A stretch of DNA of 64,000 nucleotides, taken from Octopus vulgaris. Lineage: Eukaryota. This document shows, piece after piece, positions 11,291-25,179 of this stretch. The stretch is from assembly GCA_951406725.2 (NCBI GenBank), contig OX597841.1, positions 22,320,001 to 22,384,000 of the forward strand. The letters run 5' to 3'. The notes beneath the pieces are model-generated. The model did no database searches. It was not told the origin of the DNA and saw only the letters and a list, made by a program, of their open reading frames with translations. The translations under genes and the position numbers were made by a program. Positions within the stretch are counted from its first letter, which is position 1. Each line of letters starts with the position of its first letter.

Positions 11291-14200
11291 TTCATTTCAC
11301 CTTTTGTCACAAGGCCAGCAATTTCGGTGAGGGGGGAGGAGTGGTGCCTAAAGTCGATTACACGAACCTTAGTGGATGGAAGCACTCCGTCGGTTACGAC
11401 GACGAGGGTTCCGGTTGATCCGAATCAACGGAACAGCCTGCTCGTGAAATTAACGTGTAAGTGGCTGAGTACTCCACAGACACGTGCACCCTTAACGTAG
11501 TTTTCGGGGATATTCAGCGTGACACAGAGTGACAAGGGCGGCCCCTTGAAATACAGGTACAACAGAAACAGGAAGTAAGAGTGAGAGAAAGTTGTGGTGA
11601 AAGAGTACAGCAGGGATCACCACCATCCCCTGCCGGAGCCTCGTGGAGCTTTTAGGCGTTTTCGCTCAATAAACACTCACAACGCCCGGTCTGGGAATCG
11701 AAACCGCGATCCTATGACCGCGAGTCCGCTGCCCTAACCACTGGGCCATTGCGCCTCCACTAACGAACCTTAGTAGTCAACTGGTTATTTATTTTATTGA
11801 CCCGCCAAAAAAAAGGCGAAAGGCAAAACTGACCCCGAAACGATGAAAGGCACAGTCGACTTCCCGGAGTTTCGGCATACGTAGAAAAGGTGCACCCTGC
11901 CTACTGGATCGATTCAATCTGACGTGTGATTTAGGTAGGGGGATTCTTTGGCTGCTATTTTTAGCGAGTCGAGCGGCCAGGTAGAGGCTCTTTCATTGGT
12001 TTGATTGCGTGATGAGATTTTTTGACACCTATACGTACGTATATATATATATATATCATCGGCAGAAGTCTGAGAGTAAGTCAAAAGCTAAGAGTTTCAA
12101 GTATTGGCACTCATGAAACACGAATTTGGCCATTGTCACTCTGTAACTTCTGCCTATCATTAACGTGTGTGTCTATATATATATATATATATATCATCAT
12201 CATCACCATCATCGTTTAACGTCCGTTTTAAGTACTAGCATGGGTTGGACGGTTCGACCGGGGTCTCGTAAGCCATGGAGGCTGCACCAGGCTCCAGTCT
12301 GATTTGGCAGTGTTTCTACAGCTGGATGCCCTTCCTAACGCCAACCACTCCGTGAGTGTAGTGGGTGATTTTTACGTGCCACCGGCACAGGAGCCAGAGT
12401 AGGCTGGCAAACAGCCACGATCGGTTGGTGCTTTTACGTGTCACCGACACAGACGCCAATGAGGCGACGCTGACAAGAATAAAATTCTAATCATTCTGGA
12501 TTATGCATTAACTGGTGTAGTAGGTGTCCCTGGAGTTACCATAAGTAAACAAATGACAAGAAGATCTAGGACTGTTATTTATTACAACCCCTTATAAAAA
12601 TACATGGCAAATGTCTTACAAATTGTGAAGTAACAGGTTTGGCAAGTTTTAACTAACTCTATCTGGAACAGTGGGAGTTGTATCACAGTTGAAATTCTGT
12701 AGCATGTTCATGGTTTGGTTCCGTGTGTTGGGCAGCATCTGTTGTTGTGATCTGTCCGTTGCTGTGGAGGAAGTACAAATTTACCAGGCCAGAGAGAGAG
12801 AGATCAGGATGAAGACAGAAACAGGTGTGCCGCCACAAAGGAGATACATGGTTACCCAGCCTGAGGGACATGCAGGAGAAGGAGATAGAGGGTGGGAGAC
12901 AACACGATGGAGATACTGGCAAAATGATGGGCGTATTCACTAGGGAGGGGATCAGAACATAAATGGGGATGGTTGAGTAAGGGAAGAAAGAGATATAGAT
13001 GGTGGCAAGGGCCAGGACATACCCTTAAGGTTCAAACGTCATAATATAAGGGACAGGATACTGTAAATGTGGCGAGCTGGCAGGAACGTTAGGCTCTGAG
13101 TTCAAATTCCGCTGAGGTCGACATCCTTTCGGGGTCGATTAAATAAGTACCAGTTACGCACTGGAGTCGATATAATCGACTTAATCCCTTTGTCTGTCCT
13201 TGTTTGTCTCCTATCTGTGTTTAGCCCCTTGTGGGTAGTAAAGGAATAGGATACTGCAAAGGAAGCATGATTAGAGTGTAGGGGGTGTTGAGTTTTAACG
13301 AACTCTATCTGGAACAGTGGAAGTTGTATCACAGTTGAAATTCTGTAGCATTGGTTATGAGTTTTGCTTGCGAATTAACTGTGGCTGGTTCATCTTGATG
13401 TACCTGTGTGTTGTTATGCATTCACTGGTCTAGTCTGTCTGCCTGGAGTTACCGAATACAAAAGAATGACAAGAAGAACCACGTAAATTCAATGCGATTT
13501 ATTTATTACAACCCTTTATAAAAATACATGGCAAATGTCTTACAAATTGTGAAGTAACAGGTTTGGCAAGTTTTAACGAACTCTATCTGGAACAGTGGGA
13601 GTTGTATCACAGTTGAAATTCTGTAGCATCTTCCTGGTTTGGTTCTGTGTGCTGGGCAGCATCAGTTGTCCTGATCTCATCTCCATCTCTCCTTCTTTCT
13701 CTCTGCACAAAAACGGTAAGAACCATTCCTTATATAATGACTGGTGGTCCAGAAGAGAAACTACTATCTTCAGTGCTTGCAATTTCACTTGGCTTCATGT
13801 ACCTTCTTGTTTGTAATGATTTAACCCTTTCGTTACTGTATTTATTTTGAGATGCTCTGTTTCTTTCAATTACTTTAAATATAACAAAGAATTTAGTAAA
13901 ATAACTTAGTTATCATTGAGCTAGTGTTAGGAGCATATATTGTGACTAAGATTTGGTTGAAGATTTGAATTCAAAACTTATGGAAACAAGACATTTGTAC
14001 TCAGAGCCAGAGGTGGTTAGTAATGAAAGGGTTAAAGATTAATAGCCAGGAAGACAATATGCTTCCTATAAATATAAATGTTGGGTTTCTTTCAGTTTCC
14101 CTCTAAAAAACCCACTCACAAGGGTTTGTTCGGCTTAATGTTCTAGTAGAATAGACTTGCATAAGGTGCCATGTAGTGGGACTGATCCCAGAAGCATGCA

Positions 14201-14330
14201 GTTGCGAAGCAAGGTTCATACCTATATCTTTACTACCCAGAAGGGGCTAAACACAGAGAGGACAAACAAGGACAAACAAACGAATTAAGTCGATTATATC
14301 GACCCTAGTGCGTAACTGGTACTTATTTAA

Positions 14331-14550
14331 CCCTTTAGTGTTCGCATTATTCTGCCAAAATTAATCCTTTTTTATCTAAATTGTTTTGAACTAATCATGC
14401 ATTATCCTGAATCTATGAGATTTTGATGAGGTACCTGTAATTTTTAAAACGATATTGTAGGGTTAGTGTGAGAGACCAGATCTGGCCAGTCTGACCATAA
14501 AATAGGTAGAATACTTTTGGCTGGATATGGCCGGTTTAAGTGCTAAAGGG
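14331..14550. mobile_element. piggyBac-like MITE (220 bp)
   Basis: TTAA|CCCTTTAG...CTAAAGGG|TTAA; empty TTAA site in paralogous units (e.g. 6901). Confidence 0.85.
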
Positions 14551-15645
14551 TTAATCGACCCTGAAAGGATGAAAGGCAAAGTCGACCTCAGCCGAATTTG
14601 AACTCAGAACGTTAGCGGCAGATGAGATACAGCAAGGCGTTTCGACCGGCATGCTAACGGTTCCGCCAGCTAGCCGCCTTGCTCAGGAAGCAAGGTTCAT
14701 GCCACACGGCCACACCTATTGGTTTTAACAGATTCTTAAAATTCATGCAAGACAAAATTTAAAATATGCAAAAAAGTTGCTTTTAATAAAAATAAAAATA
14801 TCCCACAGGTGAGTTACCTGAGATGTGGTGAAATAAACTCTGAAGTAAGGAGGCTGATATCACACACAGCTCTATCTCCACTCCTGGGTGATTACATTTA
14901 TAGTTAGAGAGAGTGTCCCTTATTCTTTATGTTTTGGCATAGAAGGAACTTCCACAATTACAACAATTCCCTGATGAATAGTTTGGTTAATGCCAAGGAG
15001 AAAGCCCACAACACTACCACAATTTTAGAAGCTTAAAATGCTTATTGTTCTTATGAATTTTCACATTGATAGTCATACATCTATATGAATAGATACACAT
15101 TTAGTTAACAGCAGAAGTACCGAGCGGTCATTTATCACCAATTCTGCTTATTACTTTTTAATTTCTACAACTGTATTGAATGTGCAATCATGAGCATCAT
15201 ATCAAGTATATGTGCATAGATATATATTTTTCACATGTAAATAAATGCTAAAAGAATGTATTTTCAAATCCTTTATTCACTGCATTTGCTGATATTTAAA
15301 ATAAATTGTATTAAATGTGATTTTCAATGACAGTCAAAAATGGTCCCCTATGATCCTTGTAGGAAGTAAGAAATGTTGTTACTTGTAGGGTTAGCTCTTC
15401 AGCATTTAAAGTGGCCATACCTGGTCCAAATTTTCTATCTGTCTTACGGTCAAACTAGCCAGAGTTGGCCTCTTGCACCTACCCTACAATGTCATTCTAA
15501 ATACAAACAATCATATCGTAAAAACTTGAAAGCTGTGAGATAATGCATGACCAGTTGAAAATAATGTGAATAAATAAACATCACATTCGACAGAATAACC
15601 TGCATGGTAAAGGGTTCAGTCACCACTCACAGAGAAAATGTTTTC

Positions 15646-17220
15646 TCATGTATGAATACGCTTGTGAGAAGTTAAGGCACTACTATGAGAGAATGATTTG
15701 CCACAGCTATCACAGGGATATGGCTTCTCTCCTGTATGAATACGCTTGTGACCAGTTAAAGCGCTACTCTGGGAGAATGATTTGCCACAGATATCACAGT
15801 GATATGGCTTCTCTCCTGTATGAATACGCTTGTGCATAGTCAAAGAAGTACTTAGAGAAAATGATAGACCACAGATATGACAGTGGTATGGCTTCTCACC
15901 CGTATGAATGCGTTTGTGACCAGTTAAAGCGCTACTCTGAGAGAAAGATTTGCCACAGATATCGCAGTGATATGGCTTTTCTCCTGTATGAATGCGTTTG
16001 TGATAATTAGAAGTACTTTTGTGAGAGAAGGATTTACCACACACATCACAGTGATATGGCTTCTCGCCAGTATGAATACGTTTGTGTCTAGTCAAACTGT
16101 CATTTGCAGAGAATGTTTTACCACAAATCTCACAGCGAAATGGCTTCTCTCCAGTATGAATATGTTTGTGTCGAGTCAATTTGTCATTTGCAGAGAATGA
16201 TTTACCACAAATGTCACAGCTAAATTGCTTTTCCCCTGTATGAACAATCATGTGGTAATTTAAAGCACTCTGTTGAGAGAATGATGTACCACAGACATCA
16301 CAGTGAAAGGGCTTCTCCCCTGTATGGAAACGTTTATAGGTAGCTAAGTTGTCATTTCGGGAGAATGATTTACCACAAATGTCACAGCTAAATCGCTTTT
16401 CCCTTGTATGAACAATCGTGTGTGAATTTAAAGCACTCTGTTGAGAGAATGATGTACCACAGACATCACAGTGAAAGGGCTTCTCTCCTGTATGAATACG
16501 TTTGTGTACAAGCAAATCGGAACTTGTACAGAATGATTTACCACAGATATCACAGTGGTATGGCTTCTCTCCTGTATGGAAACGTTTATGGGTAGCTAAG
16601 TTGTCATTTCGGGAGAATGATTTACCACAAATGTCACAGCGAAATCGCTTTTCCCCTGTATGAACAATCGTGTGTGAATTTAAAGCACTAAGGTTAGAGA
16701 ATGATGTACCACAGACATCACAGTGAAAGGGCTTCTCTCCTGTATGAATACGTCTGTGTACGAGCAATTCGGAACTTGTACAGAATGATTTACCACAGAT
16801 ATCACAGTGGTATGGCTTCTCTCCTGTATGGTAACGTTTATGAGTAGCTAAGTTGCAAAGGTGAAAGAATGATTTACCACAGATATCACAGTGGTATGGC
16901 TTCTCTCCTGTATGGCAACGTTTATGAGTAGCTAAGTTGCTACTTTGAGAGAACGATTTACCACAGATTTCACAGTGAAATGGCTTTTCGCCCGTATGAA
17001 TACGTTGGTGTGTGGTCAAGTTACTACTTACAGAAAATGATTTACCACAGACGTCACAGTGAAATGGCTTCTCTCCTGTATGAATACGTTTGTGCTTATT
17101 CAAGCTGCCCTTTTGAGAGAAAGACTTTTTACAGACATTACAATTATGCGATAATTTCAGTCTCCTCTTTGATTTTTCTTCTGGAAAAGTCAAATCCTTT
17201 GCTTTCTCACTCTTCTCCAT
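15646..17220 (-). CDS. C2H2 zinc-finger protein, gene 3 (18 finger units)
   Basis: 524-aa ORF of tandem C2H2 fingers with an MEKSEKAK leader variant. Confidence 0.95.
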   Translation of the reverse strand: MEKSEKAKDLTFPEEKSKRRLKLSHNCNVCKKSFSQKGSLNKHKRIHTGEKPFHCDVCGKSFSVSSNLTTHQRIHTGEKPFHCEICGKSFSQSSNLATHKRCHTGEKPYHCDICGKSFFHLCNLATHKRYHTGEKPYHCDICGKSFCTSSELLVHRRIHTGEKPFHCDVCGTSFSNLSALNSHTIVHTGEKRFRCDICGKSFSRNDNLATHKRFHTGEKPYHCDICGKSFCTSSDLLVHKRIHTGEKPFHCDVCGTSFSQQSALNSHTIVHTREKRFSCDICGKSFSRNDNLATYKRFHTGEKPFHCDVCGTSFSQQSALNYHMIVHTGEKQFSCDICGKSFSANDKLTRHKHIHTGEKPFRCEICGKTFSANDSLTRHKRIHTGEKPYHCDVCGKSFSHKSTSNYHKRIHTGEKPYHCDICGKSFSQSSALTGHKRIHTGEKPYHCHICGLSFSLSTSLTMHKRIHTGEKPYHCDICGKSFSQSSALTGHKRIHTGEKPYPCDSCGKSFSHSSALTSHKRIHT

Positions 17221-17837
17221 ATTTTTTCTTTCAAAATTACAATAGATATATTTTTTCCTTCTCTTTGCTTCTATACTGTTTTGTTTACAAATATTTCAAC
17301 TGCTGTATTTCTGTCCAGTAAATTTATCCAAGTTTAATTTCCACACAGACACATCTTGTAGACACTCCAGCCAGTGAAGTCCAGAAAGTTTGCTAAGAAC
17401 ACATTTCAAAGTGGAATTCTATTACACATTTTCAGAAACAATCTTATACATCTCTTCTGTACAATATTTTGGTTTTTAAAAGCTGATAAATAATGAGAAT
17501 GTATCTTCAGTTATGCCAATGTCATCTGATATTCTGAAAGAATAAAGAAACAATAGCGTAAGATACAGAGGCTACTTAAAAAAATACAGATTAAACATTT
17601 CCATAGAGGTAAATTCTAGAAATAAGCATTTACCTGAACAACAAAATTTTAAATTTATTAAAATTTACATTTGAAAATCTTATGTGAAGCTAAAATATTT
17701 CTAAACTCCAGCTACACATTCGCATTTAAAAATACATACACACACACATATATATATATATACTCAACTAATAAGGGTGAGAAAATTGGATACTAATTTA
17801 ATAGTCCCATCTTTTACCATATATATATATATGTATG

Positions 17838-17885
<48 letters not shown>

Positions 17886-17886
<1 letters not shown>

Positions 17887-18325
17887 TAGCAGAAATACCT
17901 GGTATTGCCCACTTATGGAAAATAACAAAATTTCAATATACCTTTTAGATCACTAACCTAAGATAGATTACAGAGGGGTTACTTCCCCGTAGCTAAGGTA
18001 CCAACTTTATGCATTAATAACCTAGTGTTTCCCAGGTTGTTGAAACTAATGAAATTTAAGTATGCCTTTTAAATCTTTCAGTAAAATGGAACATGGATTA
18101 TGTAGTTCTCGACAATTAGCTGAGGTACAAACTATTAATGTCAATAATATATTTTATCTGATGTTCTCACTGTTAGAAACCAGGTAGTTCTTTCTCTTTA
18201 CTATCACCTTCAATTGTCAGTACTTATTTGAAACACGTTCAACCTGAAAATACATAAATTTGAGAAGAACCGGCCTGTAGGTGCTCCCCTCCTCTTACTA
18301 AGTACATTTAACAAAACTTCAATAA
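17886..18325 (-). mobile_element. Probable non-autonomous Helitron remnant
   Basis: Minus-strand 3' end GGGCAATACCAGGTATTTCTGCTAG|T (short GC element then CTAG) inserted in a TA tract; 5' boundary uncertain. Confidence 0.45.
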
Positions 18326-18689
18326 TCAGATGACATGAGTATAAACAAGCACCTTGGGCAAGTGTCTTCTACCATAGCCTCGGGCCGACCAAAGCCTTGT
18401 GTGTGGATTTGGTAGACGGAAACTGAAAGAAGCCCGTCCTATATATGTATGTATATTTATGCGGGTGTGTGTTTGTGTGTCTGTGTTTGTCCCCCTAGCA
18501 TCGCTTGACAACCGATGCTGGTGTGTTTATGTCCCCGTTAGTTAGCGATTCGTCAAAAACAGACCGATAGAATAAGTACTGGGCTTACAAAGAATAAGTT
18601 CCTGGGTCGATTTGCTCGACTAAAGGCGGTGCTCCAGCGTGGCCGCAGTCAAATGACTGAAACAAGTAAAGGAGTAAAAATATTGACCG

Positions 18690-19080
18690 TAACCCGTGGC
18701 CTCTACCAAGGATGTAGCCAGTCCACTTATGCATAGCTTTGCTTCTTGGGACACAAAACTCTACTTATGAAGACCTGCTGAGGCAAGTGAAAATCAAAAT
18801 CGAAATCGATCAACATCAATGGAAATTTTAGCTGTGATACCAGTGCCGGTGGCACGTAAGAGAACCATCCGAACGTGGCCGCACCGCCTGGCCCCCGTCC
18901 CTATGGCACGTAAGAGAACCATCCGAACGTGGCCGCCCCGCCTAGCCCCCGTGCCAGTGGAACGTAAAAGAACCATCCGAACGTGGCTGCCCCGCCTGGC
19001 CCCCGGGCCGGTGGCACGTAAGAGAACCATCCGAACTGGCCCCCGGGCCGGTGGCACGTAAAAAGCACCCACTACACTCA
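18690..19080 (+). repeat. RTE 3'-UTR fragment with ~54-bp tandem units; shorter versions at ~2925-3160, 10770-10946, 22166-22400, 35388-35560, 44455-44650
   Basis: Repeated GTGCCGGTGGCACGTAAGAGAACCATCCGAACGTGGCC units homologous to 56320-56580. Confidence 0.75.
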
Positions 19081-19247
19081 TTGGAGACAAGATCGGGATT
19101 CGTAGTGGGTGGGAAAAACAAATGGGGAAACGATGGAGCGTGTAGGAGGTAGGCTCCATAGCTAGAAATAGCAGCCAAATGTCGCACACATCAAAGGACA
19201 TCTAAAACACCAAAGTATTGAAAGATTAAACGATTTCATTGTTTAAT

Positions 19248-19420
19248 ACTTACGGAAATGTCTTTAAAAAGGATGGTGTTGTTGTTAGAAGTGCTTCAGG
19301 TGGTTGAGAAATGTATTATAAATGTGTTTGGGAGTGAATTAAGAGAAATTCTGGCACCAGACATGTGCGCAGAGATTTCAGGAATGGAGGCGGAAATACG
19401 CTTAGTGCGCATGCGTATGA
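19248..19420 (-). promoter_or_regulatory. Putative promoter and exon 1 of gene 3
   Basis: NRF-1 motif 19406-19415, donor at 19253, acceptor at 17535-17534. Confidence 0.65.
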
Positions 19421-20917
19421 AATATTCATTTCACATTTTGTCACAAGGCCAGCAATTTCGGTGAGGGGGGGGGGAGTGGTGCCTAAAGTCGATTACACGA
19501 ACCTCAGTGGATGGAAGCACTCCGTCGGTTACGACGATGAGGGTTCCGGTTGATCCGAATCAACGGGACAGCCTGCTCGTGACATTAAAGTGTAAGTGGC
19601 TGAATACTCCACAGAGACGTGTACCCTTAACGTAGTTCTCGGGGATATTCAGCGTGACACAGAGAGTGACAAGGCCGGCCCCTTGAAATACAGGTACAAC
19701 AGAAACAGGAATTAAGAGTGAGAGAAAGTTGTGGTGAAAGAGTACAGCAGGGATCACCACAATCCCCTGCCGGAGCCTCGTGGAGCTTTTAGGTGTTTTC
19801 GCTCAATAAACACTTAGAACGCCCAGTCTGTGAATCGAAACCGCGATCCTATGACCGCCAGTCCGCTGCCCTAACCACTGGGCCATTGCGTCTCCACTAA
19901 CGAACCTTAGTAGTCAACTGGTAATTTATTTTATTGACCCGCCAAAAAAGGCGAAAGGCAAACCTGACACCGAAACGATGAAAGGCACAGTCGACTTCCC
20001 CGGAGTTTCGACATACGTAGAAAAGGTGCACCCTGCCTACTGGATCGATTCAATCTGACGTGTGATTTAGGTAGGGGGATACTTTGGCTGCTATTTTTAG
20101 CGTGTCAAGCGGCCAGGTAGAGGCTCTTTCATTGGTTTGATTGCGTGATGAGATTTTTTGACACCTATACGTACGTATATATATATATCATCGGCAGAAG
20201 TTTGAGAGTAAGTCAAAAGCTGAGAGTTTCATGTATTGGCACTCATCAAACACGAATTTGGCCATTGTCACTCTGTAACTTCTGCCCATCATTAACGTGA
20301 GTGTTTATATATATATATATATATATATCATCATCATCACCATCATCGTTTAACGTCCGTTTTAAGTGCTAGCATTGTTTGGACGGTTCGACCGGGGTCT
20401 GGTAAACCATGGAGGCTGCACCAGCCTCTTGTCTGATTTGGCAGTGTTTCTACAGCTGGATGCCCTTCCTAACGCCAACCACTCCGTGAGTGCAGTGGGT
20501 GTATTTTTATAAGGGGTTGTAATAAATAACAGTCCTAGATCTTCTTGTCATTTGTTTACTTATGGTAACTCCAGGGACACCTACTACACCAGTTAATGCA
20601 TAATCCAGAATGATTAGAATTTTATTTTTGTCAGCGTCGCCTGACTGGCGTCTGTGTCGGTGACACGTAAAAGCACCAACCGATCGTGGCTGTTTGCCAC
20701 CCTGCTCTGGCTCCTGTGCCGGTGGCACGTAAAAATCACCCACTACACTCACGGAGTGGTTGGCGTTAGGAAGGGCATCCAGCTGTAGAAACACTGCCAA
20801 ATCAGACTGGAGCCTGGTGCAGCCTCCATGGCTTACCAGACCCCGGTCGAACCGTCCAACCCATGCTAGTACTTAAAACGGACGTTAAACGATGATGGTG
20901 ATGATGATGATATAAAA

Positions 20918-20951
<34 letters not shown>

Positions 20952-21824
20952 GTTAATGATAGGCAGAAGTTTCAGAGTGACAATGGCCAAATTCGTGTTT
21001 CATGAGTGCCCATACATGAAACTCTCAGCTTTTGACTTACTCTCAAACTTCTGCCGATGATATATATATATATACGTACGTATAGGTGTCAAAAAATCTC
21101 ATCACGCAATCAAACCAATGAAAGAGCCTCTACCTGGCCGCTCAACGCGCTAAAAATAGCAGCCAAAGTATCCCCCTACCTAAATCACACGTCAGATTGA
21201 ATCGATCCAGTAGGCAGGGTGCACCTTTTCTACGTATGCCGAAACTACGGGGAAGTCGACTGTGCCTTTCATCGTTTCGGTGTCAGTTTTGCCTTTCGCC
21301 TTTTTTGGCGGGTCAATAAAATAAATTTACCAGTTGACTACTAAGGTTCGTTAGTGGAGACGCAATGGCCCAGTGGTTAGGGCAGCGGACTGGCGGTCAT
21401 AGGATCGCGGTTTCGATTCACAGACTGGGCGTTCTAAGTGTTTATTGAGCGAAAACACCTAAAAGCTCCACGAGGCTCCGGCAGGGGATGGTGGTGATCC
21501 CTGCTGTACTCTTTCACCACAACTTTCTCTCACTCTTAATTCCTGTTTCTGTTGTACCTGTATTTCAAGGGGCCGGCCTTGTCACTCTGTGTCACGCTGA
21601 ATATCCCCGAGAACTACGTTAAGGGTACACGTCTCTGTGGAGTGCTCAGTCACTTACACTTTAATTTCACGAGCAGGCTGTTCCGTTGATTCGGATCAAC
21701 CGGAACCCTCGTCGTCGTAACCGACGGAATGCTTCCATCCATTAAGGTTCGTGTAATCGACTTCGGCACCACCCCCCTCTCCTCAACGATATTGCTGGCC
21801 TTGTGACAAAATGTGAAATGAATA

Positions 21825-21999
21825 TTTCATACGCATGCGCACTAATCGTATTTCCGCCTCCATTCCTGAAATCTCTGCGCACATGTCTGGTGCCATTATT
21901 TCTCTCAATTCACTCCCAAACACATTTATAATACATTTCTCAACCACATGAAGCACTTCTAACAACAACACCATCCTTTATAAAGACTTTTCCGTAAGT
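21825..21999 (+). promoter_or_regulatory. Putative promoter and exon 1 of gene 4
   Basis: CGCATGCGCA 21832-21841, donor GTAAGT at 21994, acceptor AG at 24865-24866. Confidence 0.65.
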
Positions 22000-22643
22000 A
22001 TTAAACAACGAAATCATTTAATCTTTCAATACTTTGGTGTTTTAGATGTCCTTTGATGTGTGCGACATTTGGCTGCTATTTCTAGCTATGGCGGCAACCT
22101 TCTACACGCTCCATCGTTTCCCCATGTGTTTTCCCCACCCACTACGAATCCCGATCTTGTCTCCAATGAGTGTAGTGGGTGCTTTTACGTGCCACCGGCC
22201 CGGGGGCCAGGCGAGGCTGGCAGCGGACACGAACGGATGGTGCTTTTACGTGCCACTGGCCCGGGGGCCAGGCGGCGCCGGCAGTGACCACGATCGGATG
22301 GTTCGCTTAACCACTGCTGCAACTTCCACTGATGTTGATCGACCTCGATTTTGGTTCTGCTTTCTGATATCTGATTTCATTTCCTTTGATTTTGATTTTG
22401 ACTGTTCTCACTGTGTGTGTGTGTGTGTGTACTCTTTTCTCTTTTACTTGTTTCAGTCATTTTAACTGCGGTCATACTGGAGCACCGCCTTTTTAATCGA
22501 GCAAATCGACCCCGCGAGTTATACTTTTGTAAGCCCAGTACTTATTCTATGGGTCTCTTTTGCCGAAGCGCCAAGTAACGGGGACATAAACACACCAGCA
22601 TCGGTTATCAAGCAAAGCTAGGGGGACAAACACAAACACACAA

Positions 22644-22695
<52 letters not shown>

Positions 22696-22699
22696 ATAC

Positions 22700-24482
22700 G
22701 GTACTTGTCAAGTGTAGTGGTCCCGGATACGCACACGCGAATTCGCGCGCGCGCGCCAGACGCAAGTACTCAATACTCAAGATCCTACGAGGTGAGTTGC
22801 GCGATTCGCGCATGCGCGTCCCCCCCCCCCCCGATGGTGGTGTGAGGTTCTAATTTTTTTTTCTGATCTCTCTTTGCCCCCCTAGATGGAGGTGTGGTGG
22901 GGAGACAGATGAAAGATGTCTCATTCTCTACTATATACGTATATATATATATATATATATATATATTTCTTAAACCTACACGATATAGTCTATAAATTTT
23001 GGATGTTTTTGAAAGATAATATATTTTGTCATCAGAATATATATACTTTCTCACACTACAATTAAGATATATTTATTTTAAATCGTTCATCTTTTCCCGC
23101 GACAACAAAAATTGGGCGCGAAAATTTTTCTAAATATTAGCGGAATGAACAACTGAGGTAAAGAGGAGCAAAGAGAGATCAGAAAAAAAAATTAGAACCT
23201 CACACCACCACCACCACCACCACGTAATTCAAAGTTGTTCATTTTGATATGGCTCAAGAGGCATGATGGACTTTTAAATGGAGATTGAGAAAAATTGTTT
23301 CAATTAGAAAAGCAACATTTCTAGAAAATAGTAAATTGAAGTGTGAACACAGCACCTTACAGAGTATAAGTATATGACATTTATTTTTAAAATTTAACTT
23401 CATTTGTTTTATATTCTAAATAATATGCAATTTCAAAAAATATATTAATTTTGCGTTTTTTAATTTGATAAATTCTACGGAATAATTTTGCGCGTTTTTT
23501 GATAAATTCTACGGAAAGAATTTAGTGCGAAAAATTTATACATTTATACACAAAGACCTGTTGAGGCAAGCGAAGTTGATATCGAACCTCATCCGACGAC
23601 AGGCACCCATGCCAACCCCCTTTGCTTGCGAAGACATGTTGGGGCAAGTGTGGCACCCGGCAGATGCCAGGACCCCTGGACTGGTGGTACGTAAAAAGCA
23701 CTATCCGAATCGTGGCCGATGCCAGAGCTGCCTCGACTGGCACCAATCCGACCGTGGCCGTTGCCAGTCTCGCCTGGCACCTGTGCGGGTGGCATGTAAA
23801 AAGCACCCACTACACTCTCGGAGTGGTTGGCGTTAGGAAGGGCATCCAGCTGTAGAAACATTGCCAGATAAGACTGAAGTCTGGTGCAGCCTTCTGGCTT
23901 CCCAGATCCCCGGTCGAACCGTCCAACCCATGCTGGCATGGAGAACGGACGTTAAACGATGATGATGATGAGAAGAAATTAATTCATTAAGTTTACCAAA
24001 TTATATACGTCTGTAAAAAAAAAAAAAAAGGTTCACAAATTATATACGTTCGCATTTGTGTAAAAAAAATTATTATTCAAGTTTTATAAATTATTTACTT
24101 TGTTCAAAAAATATTATTAATATTAATTAATTTTCAAGAATTATTTAATTTATATAATTAATTCATTAATTTTCTTCTGTAAAATAGTAATTAATTCATT
24201 TATCTGTAAATCCGCGAGGAAAGCGACTATGTAATTTTTTTGTGTAAAATTGAAAATGTTATATATACACACACACACACATATATATTTTTAGTGAAAT
24301 CCAACACCTTTTTGTCTTAAAAAGCAGAAAGGTATCTAAAAAATCCGTATTTTTTTGGGGGGAGGGGGTTAACGCGCATGCGCAAGTCACCTCGTAGGAT
24401 CTCGAGTATCGATCGCCTACGTCTGGCGCATGCGCGCGAATTCGCGTGTGCGAAACCGGGACCACTACACTTGACAAGTACC
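22700..24482. mobile_element. Non-autonomous TIR DNA transposon, Merlin-like, in intron of gene 4
   Basis: Perfect 27-bp termini GGTACTTGTCAAGTGTAGTGGTCCCGG, imperfect to ~120 bp; splits a SINE at its TA tract; contains a nested RTE 3' fragment at ~23555-23970. Confidence 0.8.
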
Positions 24483-25179
24483 TATATATACATATATACG
24501 ACGGGCTTCTTTCAGTTTCCGTCTACCAAATCCACTCACAAGGCTTTGGTCGGCCTGAGGATATAGTAGAAGACACTTGCCCAAGGTGCCATGCAACGGG
24601 ACTGAACCCGGAACCATGTGGTTGGTAAACAAGCTACTTACCACACAGCCACTCCTGTGCCTTGCGTGTGTATTTATTTTTAAATGTGAATGTGTAATTG
24701 GAGTTTACAAATATGTTAGCTTCACATAAGATGTAAATTTTAATAAATTTAAAATTCTGTTGTTCAGGTAAATGTTTATTTCTAGAGTTTATCTTTATGG
24801 AAATGTTGAATCAGTATTTTTTAAGTAGCCTCTATATCTTACACTGTTGTTTCTTTATTCTTTCAGAATATCAGATGACATTGGCATAACTGAAGATACG
24901 TTCTCATTATTTATCATCTTTTAAAGACCAAAATATTGTACAGAACAGATGTATAAGATTGTTTCTGAAAATGTGTCATAGAATTCCACTTTGAAATGTG
25001 TTCTTAGCAAACTTTCTGGACTTCACTGGCTGGAGTGTCTACAAGATGTGTCTGTGTGGAATTTAAACTTGGATAAATTTACTGGACAGAAATACAGCAG
25101 TTGAAATATTTGTAAACAAAACAGTGTAGAGGCAAAGAGAAGGAAAAAATATATCTATTGTGATTTTCAAAGAAATAAA

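Larger units (their letters stand above)
19060..22200. repeat. Long inverted repeat (arms ~19060-20505 and ~20730-22200, spacer ~225 bp)
   Basis: Exon 1, SINE B and the RTE fragment are mirrored around ~20620. Confidence 0.9.
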
